Source: an uncultured delta proteobacterium (GTDB taxonomy: Bacteria > Desulfobacterota > Desulfobacteria > Desulfobacterales > JAFDCJ01). Taken from it: 55,164 bases of DNA. The notes under the pieces were generated by a model that made no database searches, was not told the DNA's origin, and saw only the letters and a list, made by a program, of their open reading frames with translations. The first letter of the stretch is position 1. The number at the start of each line of letters is the position of its first letter. The position numbers and the translations under genes were made by a program. The stretch is from positions 1 to 55,164 of the forward strand of contig CAVYNY010000005.1 in the NCBI GenBank assembly GCA_963769935.1, in the 5' to 3' direction. Of the stretch, positions 48,775 to 55,164 are shown piece by piece.

Positions 48775-48790
48775 TGGTGTAATAATTGCA
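48775..48790 (+). promoter_or_regulatory. Sigma54-like promoter upstream of the C25 giant gene
   Basis: TGGTGTAATAATTGCA (GG-N10-GC); palindrome GACAAATTTTGTC at ~48666 is a possible activator site. Confidence 0.5.
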
Positions 48791-48868
48791 TGGTATTTTA
48801 CGGGTTTAATAGGTAATCGCTTTGCCGCATATGGAAATTTAAGCTCAAATAAGAGAAATGATAGAAAA

Positions 48869-51800
48869 ATGGGGTTCCAAAAAACAAAATCGTGTCTGAG
48901 GCAGAGAATATGGAAGATCGTTTTTATCCTTTTATTGATCTACGGTTTGGTATTTGCCGGCTGGGCGCAGATTTTTGGCCTTCCTTCGGGAGTTTCGGAA
49001 GCCAAAGCGGCTGATACCGGCTTTAAGACAACGGGGGCCATCGTTGATACCGGTTCCTGGACTAGTTTTACCACCGCCGTATTAAATTCATCTGATAACA
49101 GTCGAGCCTCTGTGACCTCTAGTTCCTCTTATGGTGTGTGTTCCACATATGGATTTGGTGTTCCCGCCGGTGCAACTATTGATGGTATAGAGGTCGCGCT
49201 GGAAGCAAGCAGATCAAATTACCCCGGCTCTATTAACCCAACCGCTGCGATTCAACTTTCGTGGAACAACGGTTCCAGTTGGACCACTGCAAAAACAAGC
49301 ACATATACTTCTGGGACGGATGCCACCAACACCTATGGAGGTGCTTCGGATACATGGGCTCGAACATGGGTCGGCACCGAATTCTCAAATGCAAATTTTC
49401 GACTTAGAATATATCGAAGCGCTGGGGATAGAACATTGTTGGTCGATTACATTCAAATCAAAGTCTACTATACCCTTGCAGGTCCCCAATTCACACAATT
49501 GAGCTTCCGAGCAAGGAACGACAACGGGAGCGAAACCACGGCCACATGGACCGCGGCGGCCAACACCAACTGGACCCAGATGGTGGACAAGACCTTCCGG
49601 TTGCGCTTCCTGGTGCAGGACACCGGCAGCGCGGAATCCGACAAGACTTTGCAGTTGGAGTACAACCTCAACAGCGGCGGCTGGAACGATGTGACCGGGT
49701 CTTCTTCCGTGGTCAAGGTCGCGGCGACCGCCAACGTGGCCGATGCGGCCGACACCACCCAGCAGCTCGGATCGGGCACCTTTGTCACCCCCAATGATGG
49801 CTTTGACGAGGCCAACGGTGCGGTCGGCGGAACCTCGCTGGATTTTGCCGGCAGCGACGAGGTGGAGGTGGAGTTTTCTCTTCAGATCGTCGGCGGCGAT
49901 GTCAGCAACGGCGATACGATCCAGCTGCGGGTCAAGGGACTGGATACCTACACCAACACCCCGACGATTACGGTTACCGGCGCGGGCACTTTTTCCTACA
50001 AAAAATCCATTGCGATTCAGCAGGCCGAGGTGACCTGTACCTCCAATGTGAGCAACTTTCCGGTCATGGTTAAGCTCACCGGCAACGACTTTACGGAAAT
50101 TGAAGACGACGTGGATGCCGACGGCTATGACATCATTTTCAAAGCCGAAGATGATGCCACCTGCGGCGGCGCCGGGTTGGCCCCCTGCATACTGGACCAC
50201 GAAATCGAAGTTTATGATGAGACCAATGACCTGCTGGTGGCCTGGGTGCGCATTCCCAGCCTGGATTATAATACCGATACAACCGTCTACATTTACTACG
50301 GCGACAGCAGTGTCAGCTCTGAAACCCAGAACCCGCCCGGGGTCTGGGACAGCGATTATAGAGGTGTCTGGCATTTGAACGAAAGCCCTAACGACGATGC
50401 GCCCGACGGCCACGCCGATTCCACCTCCAACGGAAACCACGGCACTGCCAGGAATTTTCAGGACGCTGGCGGGGGCAGCACCGATGCCGTGGGTTTGATG
50501 GCCGGCGCCGACCGCTTTGTCGATAACCAGAACGACCGGGTGGAAGTGGCAGATGATCCCTCCTTGACCCTGCCCTCGAATTTTACTCTGGCGACGTGGG
50601 TGAAATTCGACTCTTTAGACTCCGAACAGCATCTGTTATACAAACAGCATCTTAGTGACCCCTGGTTCAGTTATTTTTTATATGTAACCGGCAGCAAACA
50701 ACCCATGCTGATCTGGAATGACAGCAGCGGATCGCAAAACTATGTGTATCTTTCAACGATACTCGAGGCCGGCAAGTGGTATTATCTGGTGGCGGTCAGA
50801 GACGGCAGCAGCCTGCAGCTCTATTTAAAAGGCGACGGTATCCAGGACTGGGCCAGCACAACTGTCAGCGGCACAAGTACGAGCCTGGATGCCGATTGGA
50901 CGCTGAATATCGGCGGCCAGTGGTCGGGCGGCACCGGTCTGGACGGTATCATGGACGAGGTGCACGTCTCCAGCACCGCGCGCTCGGCCTGCTGGCTCCA
51001 AACCGAGTACAACAACCAGTCTGCGCCGTCTTCCTTTTACACGATAGGCTCACAGACAACTACCGGAACTGGCGGTGGGGTTACCCTGGCCGACCACGCC
51101 GCCGGGCAGGAGACCGATCGGCTAGGCTCGGCTGCCTCCCAGTCGGATGTGGAATTGTATGCGTTTCAACTGACCAACATCACAGCCGGCCCGCTGACGG
51201 TGGATACAATCCAGTTTCAACTGTCGGCGGTCAATGGTATTTCCCAAGGCGATTTCGCCAACCTTTATGTTTATATCGATTCCAACGGCAGTGGCGACAT
51301 TGAGGCCGGCGAGACCGCCACCGTTGGCAACAGCGGCACAGTCAACACCGGAGTGACCACCATTACCTTTTCAGGCTGCAGCTATGCCATCACAAGCGGC
51401 AGCACCGCTAAGCTGGTCTTGAAAGGCGATCTGGATAACCTGGCCGCCGGCGATACGCTCACCCTGAATCTGGAGCCGAGCAACATTACACTGACTTCGG
51501 GCAGCGTTGCCGGCAGCGCCACGACTCCGACCACCCACACGGTGGATGGCACCGGGGCCGGCTATTCTTTCCGCAAGCGCATCGTCATCGATAAGGATTC
51601 GATCGGAACCGACTGCGGCTCCGATCTGAGCAATTTCCCTTACCTGATCAAGATCACCGGCAACGATTTCCGGGAAATCGAAGATGATGTGGATGCCGAC
51701 GGCTATGATATCATCTTCATGGATGCCGACGGCAATCAGCTGGACCACGAAATCGAAACCTATGATGAAGCCAACGATATTCTCGTGGCCTGGGTGAGGA

Positions 51801-54800
51801 TTCCCACCCTGTCCGATACAAGGGATACTGTAATTTATCTGTATTATGGTAACAGCGCGATCGCTTCACCGACCGAAAATGCCACCGGGGTGTGGGATGC
51901 CAATTATCTGCTCGTGCATCATTTAAAGGAAAGCTCGGGCACCCTTTACGATTCCACCCAAAATGACCATGACAGCAATCATCGAAACGGTATGACTTAT
52001 CAACAAACGGGTCAGATCGGCACCTGCCTGCTGTTTGATGAAGTCAATGATTATTATGATGTCCCGGATTTTGACTATGGTGATACCTTCACTGTTTCTA
52101 TGTGGTCGAAGGTCACTGACAATACAGGCAGTCTATTTCAATATTTTTACAGTCACGATACGGTAAGCACGCACCCCAGCGTTAACCTGTATTTCTGGGA
52201 AGACTCAGCATCAACTCCTGATGATCTGACTGTGCGTTTGGATGACAACACATCGTCAAGTGTTGAGGATCTGACAGCGGATGTTTCGGCTGGTGATATC
52301 AACGCAACGGACGGCAATTGGCATTATATTACCTTAACCAGGGTGAGAAACGGAACCAACCGACTTTACATCGACGGCAGCGTGCAAGCTGCTTCCACTG
52401 CTCTCAACACCGACATTGACCCGGCAGGCAGTATCAATATCGGAAGAAGACAGGATGCCGATACCTCGAGTTATTTTGGCGGCAATTTGGACGAGATTCG
52501 AATTTCCAATACTGAGCGCGATGCCTGCTGGATCGAGACCGAGTACGCGAACCAAAAATCACCGGTCACAACTTACACGGTGGGTTCCGAGGAAAGCCTG
52601 AACTACTCCTATTACAAAAAGATTTTCATTGACAAGAACCAGATCGGCATTAGCTGCAGTGCGGATCTGCCCGATTTTCCGGTGCTCATCACTCTGACGG
52701 GCACCGATTTTCAGGAAATCGAAGACAATGTGGATGCCGACGGCTATGACATCATCTTCGTAGATGCTCTCGGGCATCAGTTAGATCATGAAATCGAAGT
52801 CTATGACGAAACCAGCCATCAGTTGGTAGCCTGGGTACGCATCCCCAGCCTTGCGTATAATGATGATACAGTTATTTATCTTTACTACGGCAACGGTGCG
52901 GTTACGGCACCCACCGAAAATCCCACCGGTGTGTGGGACGGCAGTTACATAATGGTGCAGCATATGGATGGTGCTTCGGCTACGGCCATCGATGACTCCA
53001 CCGCCAACAACAACGATGTGGTTGCAACCCTTGTGGGAAGCGGAACGCCGACCTTTCAGCAAAGCGGTAAATACGGCTATGCCGTCGATTTTGATGGGGC
53101 CGTCGGGTTACAGGTGGCGGATGCGACCTCGCTCGATATAGATGGAGATATTACGCTTTCGGCCTGGATAAAACCTTCTTTGACCGAATCCTGGGATCGC
53201 ATTGTAGCCAAATCCAACACTGCTGATGTAGATCCTTGGACAAAATATGGTCTTCTTTTTGACGACGCCGCCCATCTGCGTATGGAATTGTCGACCGGCG
53301 GTGCCGGAACCCAGATAGCAGCAAACGGAACAAGCACCGTACCTACTGACGGCACCTGGATCTATGCAGTGGCAACCTTCAACGGGGACCAAATGCAAAC
53401 CTACTTCGATGATGCCGCCGATGGATCCGGCACCACTTGCAGCGGGTGCGCAATCGACACCAACGATATGCCGTTTTGCATCGGAGCCAGCGCATTTGCA
53501 TCGAATTTCTTTACAGGCACCATCGACGAGGTGCGCGTCTCCAACACGGTCCGCGACGCCTGCTGGATCGAGACCGAGTACAAAAATCAGAATGCGCCGG
53601 CGGTATTTTACAGTGTGGGACCCGAACAGGTTTTCGGCGTGACCACGGCAGTGGATCTGCTCAGTTTTACGGCCGTGGGCGAAGGCGCGGCGGTGCAGGT
53701 CGGCTGGCAGACGGCGCGCGAGCAGGACAACAAGGGGTTTCACTTGTACCGGGCCGATGGGCCGCAGGGTCCTTTTGTGCGCCTGACGGACAAGCTGATT
53801 CCGGGGGCCGGTTTTATGACCGGGGGCCGGGCTTACAGTTTTATGGACACCGCTGTGGTGGCCGGCCGGCTTTACTACTACCGGCTGGAGGACGTCGACC
53901 TTTACGGCCAGCGCACCCTGCACGGTCCGGTATGCGTGGACTGGGACGGCGACGGCATGGCCGACGACTGGGAGCTGACTTTGGGGCTGGACCCGGGGGT
54001 AAACGATGCCGATCTGGACCCGGACGGTGACGGTCTGACCAATCTGCAGGAGTATCTGCGCGGTACGGACCCCTTTAACCCGGACAGCGACGGGGACGGG
54101 GTGCTGGACGGCCAGGAGGCTTGGAAGCTGGACGGCCGGCAAGCCGGGGGATCCCAGGTATTGAGTCGGGGGGTGGAAGTCTTGGCTTCCGATGAGAATG
54201 GCATGACCCTGGAGCTTTGCACCGGGGGCTTTGATGCGCAGCGCGTTGCGGCCGGCGGGCGCGAGTTCGAGCGGCTGCGCATCGGCGGCTACATCCACGG
54301 CTTTACCCATGAGCCGGGCCGGCCGCAGCTGCCGGTCAAAGGCCTGCTGCTGGATATGCCGCCGGGCATGGCGGCCCAAGTCAGTGTGCTGCAGACCGAG
54401 GTGCAGATGCAGGGCGGCTTCCGGATCTATCCGGTGCCGCAAAACATGATCGATCAGCAGGGCGACACAGCCGGCCTGGCGGAAGTCTTTGTCATGGATG
54501 AAGCCTTTTACCAGGAAGACAGCTTTTACCCGGCCGCGGTCGCTGAAGCCGGTCAACGCTATATTTTCCGGGACCAGGCCAGGCAACAGCTCTTGTTTTA
54601 TCCGCTGGCCTTCAACCCGGCCAGCGGCGATCTGACCCTTTACACCCGCATCCGGGTGCGGGTGGATTATGTGCCGGACCCACCGGCCCAAGATACTGCG
54701 CCGCAGCCCGTGGCCTGGCAGGCGCCGCACGGTGCCGCAACGCCGCCGGCGGGTGCCGGCGCCGCTGCGACGAACATGGCCTTTATCGGCACGCCGCTTT

Positions 54801-55164
54801 TCACCGGTCCGCTGGCCGTGATCCTGTCGCCGATTCAGATGCTGCTGGGCGCCTGGTGGGTACCGCCCCAAGAGGTTTCATTCTCCGAGTCGCCGGCTTA
54901 CAAGATTGTGACATCGGAAGAAGGCATCTATCGGCTGACGGCAGCGGATCTGGCCGCGGCCGGCATCGATGTGGCGACCCTGGATCTGAGCCGGATCCGG
55001 CTGTATTATCTGGGCCGGGAGGCGGCCGTTTACATCTACGATCAGAACGCCGACAGCCGCCTGGACGTCAGCGACTATATCCTGTTTTACGGCCGGCCGG
55101 TGGACAGCCGCTACGCCAAGTACAGCGCAGCCAATGTCTATTGGCTGACGCTTAGCGGCGGCAA
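48869..55164 (+). CDS. Giant secreted protein (>2098 aa, runs off the window): 3x DUF2341-LamG, FN3-like domain, Ca-binding DxDxDG repeats, C25 propeptide and start of a gingipain/PorU-like C25 region
   Basis: Absent from the ORF track, consistent with no in-frame stop. Frame spot-checked by hand: MGFQKTK..hydrophobic..[72 protein letters not shown]. Confidence 0.88.
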   Translation, partial: MGFQKTKSCLRQRIWKIVFILLLIYGLVFAGWAQIFGLPSGVSEAKAADTGFKTTGAIVDTGSWTSFTTAVLNSSDNSRASVTSSSSYGVCSTYGFGVPAGATIDGIEVALEASRSNYPGSINPTAAIQLSWNNGSSWTTAKTSTYTSGTDATNTYGGASDTWARTWVGTEFSNANFRLRIYRSAGDRTLLVDYIQIKVYYTLAGPQFTQLSFRARNDNGSETTATWTAAANTNWTQMVDKTFRLRFLVQDTGSAESDKTLQLEYNLNSGGWNDVTGSSSVVKVAATANVADAADTTQQLGSGTFVTPNDGFDEANGAVGGTSLDFAGSDEVEVEFSLQIVGGDVSNGDTIQLRVKGLDTYTNTPTITVTGAGTFSYKKSIAIQQAEVTCTSNVSNFPVMVKLTGNDFTEIEDDVDADGYDIIFKAEDDATCGGAGLAPCILDHEIEVYDETNDLLVAWVRIPSLDYNTDTTVYIYYGDSSVSSETQNPPGVWDSDYRGVWHLNESPNDDAPDGHADSTSNGNHGTARNFQDAGGGSTDAVGLMAGADRFVDNQNDRVEVADDPSLTLPSNFTLATWVKFDSLDSEQHLLYKQHLSDPWFSYFLYVTGSKQPMLIWNDSSGSQNYVYLSTILEAGKWYYLVAVRDGSSLQLYLKGDGIQDWASTTVSGTSTSLDADWTLNIGGQWSGGTGLDGIMDEVHVSSTARSACWLQTEYNNQSAPSSFYTIGSQTTTGTGGGVTLADHAAGQETDRLGSAASQSDVELYAFQLTNITAGPLTVDTIQFQLSAVNGISQGDFANLYVYIDSNGSGDIEAGETATVGNSGTVNTGVTTITFSGCSYAITSGSTAKLVLKGDLDNLAAGDTLTLNLEPSNITLTSGSVAGSATTPTTHTVDGTGAGYSFRKRIVIDKDSIGTDCGSDLSNFPYLIKITGNDFREIEDDVDADGYDIIFMDADGNQLDHEIETYDEANDILVAWVRIPTLSDTRDTVIYLYYGNSAIASPTENATGVWDANYLLVHHLKESSGTLYDSTQNDHDSNHRNGMTYQQTGQIGTCLLFDEVNDYYDVPDFDYGDTFTVSMWSKVTDNTGSLFQYFYSHDTVSTHPSVNLYFWEDSASTPDDLTVRLDDNTSSSVEDLTADVSAGDINATDGNWHYITLTRVRNGTNRLYIDGSVQAASTALNTDIDPAGSINIGRRQDADTSSYFGGNLDEIRISNTERDACWIETEYANQKSPVTTYTVGSEESLNYSYYKKIFIDKNQIGISCSADLPDFPVLITLTGTDFQEIEDNVDADGYDIIFVDALGHQLDHEIEVYDETSHQLVAWVRIPSLAYNDDTVIYLYYGNGAVTAPTENPTGVWDGSYIMVQHMDGASATAIDDSTANNNDVVATLVGSGTPTFQQSGKYGYAVDFDGAVGLQVADATSLDIDGDITLSAWIKPSLTESWDRIVAKSNTADVDPWTKYGLLFDDAAHLRMELSTGGAGTQIAANGTSTVPTDGTWIYAVATFNGDQMQTYFDDAADGSGTTCSGCAIDTNDMPFCIGASAFASNFFTGTIDEVRVSNTVRDACWIETEYKNQNAPAVFYSVGPEQVFGVTTAVDLLSFTAVGEGAAVQVGWQTAREQDNKGFHLYRADGPQGPFVRLTDKLIPGAGFMTGGRAYSFMDTAVVAGRLYYYRLEDVDLYGQRTLHGPVCVDWDGDGMADDWELTLGLDPGVNDADLDPDGDGLTNLQEYLRGTDPFNPDSDGDGVLDGQEAWKLDGRQAGGSQVLSRGVEVLASDENGMTLELCTGGFDAQRVAAGGREFERLRIGGYIHGFTHEPGRPQLPVKGLLLDMPPGMAAQVSVLQTEVQMQGGFRIYPVPQNMIDQQGDTAGLAEVFVMDEAFYQEDSFYPAAVAEAGQRYIFRDQARQQLLFYPLAFNPASGDLTLYTRIRVRVDYVPDPPAQDTAPQPVAWQAPHGAATPPAGAGAAATNMAFIGTPLFTGPLAVILSPIQMLLGAWWVPPQEVSFSESPAYKIVTSEEGIYRLTAADLAAAGIDVATLDLSRIRLYYLGREAAVYIYDQNADSRLDVSDYILFYGRPVDSRYAKYSAANVYWLTLSGG

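Noticed and set aside
37155..51017. Diversity-generating retroelement TR/VR pair
   Set aside because: Both copies are coding, the differences are not confined to adenines, and there is no reverse transcriptase in the window.
49385..54871. Antisense ORFs of 351 and 587 aa
   Set aside because: They are shadows of the unlisted + strand giant ORF starting at 48869, which has coherent domains.

Overview
This is bacterial chromosome sequence whose gene set resembles Desulfobacterales/Deltaproteobacteria (an inference). From 1 to 3 kb it holds the right end of a decayed integrative element at tRNA-Leu(TAA): an IS701-family transposase and a chimeric tyrosine integrase. From 3 to 29 kb it is mostly housekeeping genes (REC-HD-GYP, Maf, YggS, QueH, M48-TPR, crotonase, DMT, amidase, MutS, HIT, UPF0280, HD/dGTPase-like, RimK-like, Mut7-C, DnaJ). 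This stretch also has an atypical membrane kinase and an apparently exported AmmeMemoRadiSam operon. From 29.7 to 55 kb is a surface-adhesin locus. It contains a c-di-GMP-I (GEMM) riboswitch, an RHH-PilZ regulator gene, an FG-GAP/PKD protein, a ~2750-aa PilY1 and fimT-pilW-pilV-pilX. It ends in a >2098-aa ORF absent from the ORF track (it runs off the window) that shares Cys-flanked DUF2341/LamG modules with PilY1 and enters a gingipain/PorU-like C25 region. Intergenic spaces throughout carry 7-bp-periodic, often inverted-arm repeats. In the adhesin locus these bracket intact and broken toxin-antitoxin modules. All calls come from reading motifs by eye; no database searches were run.
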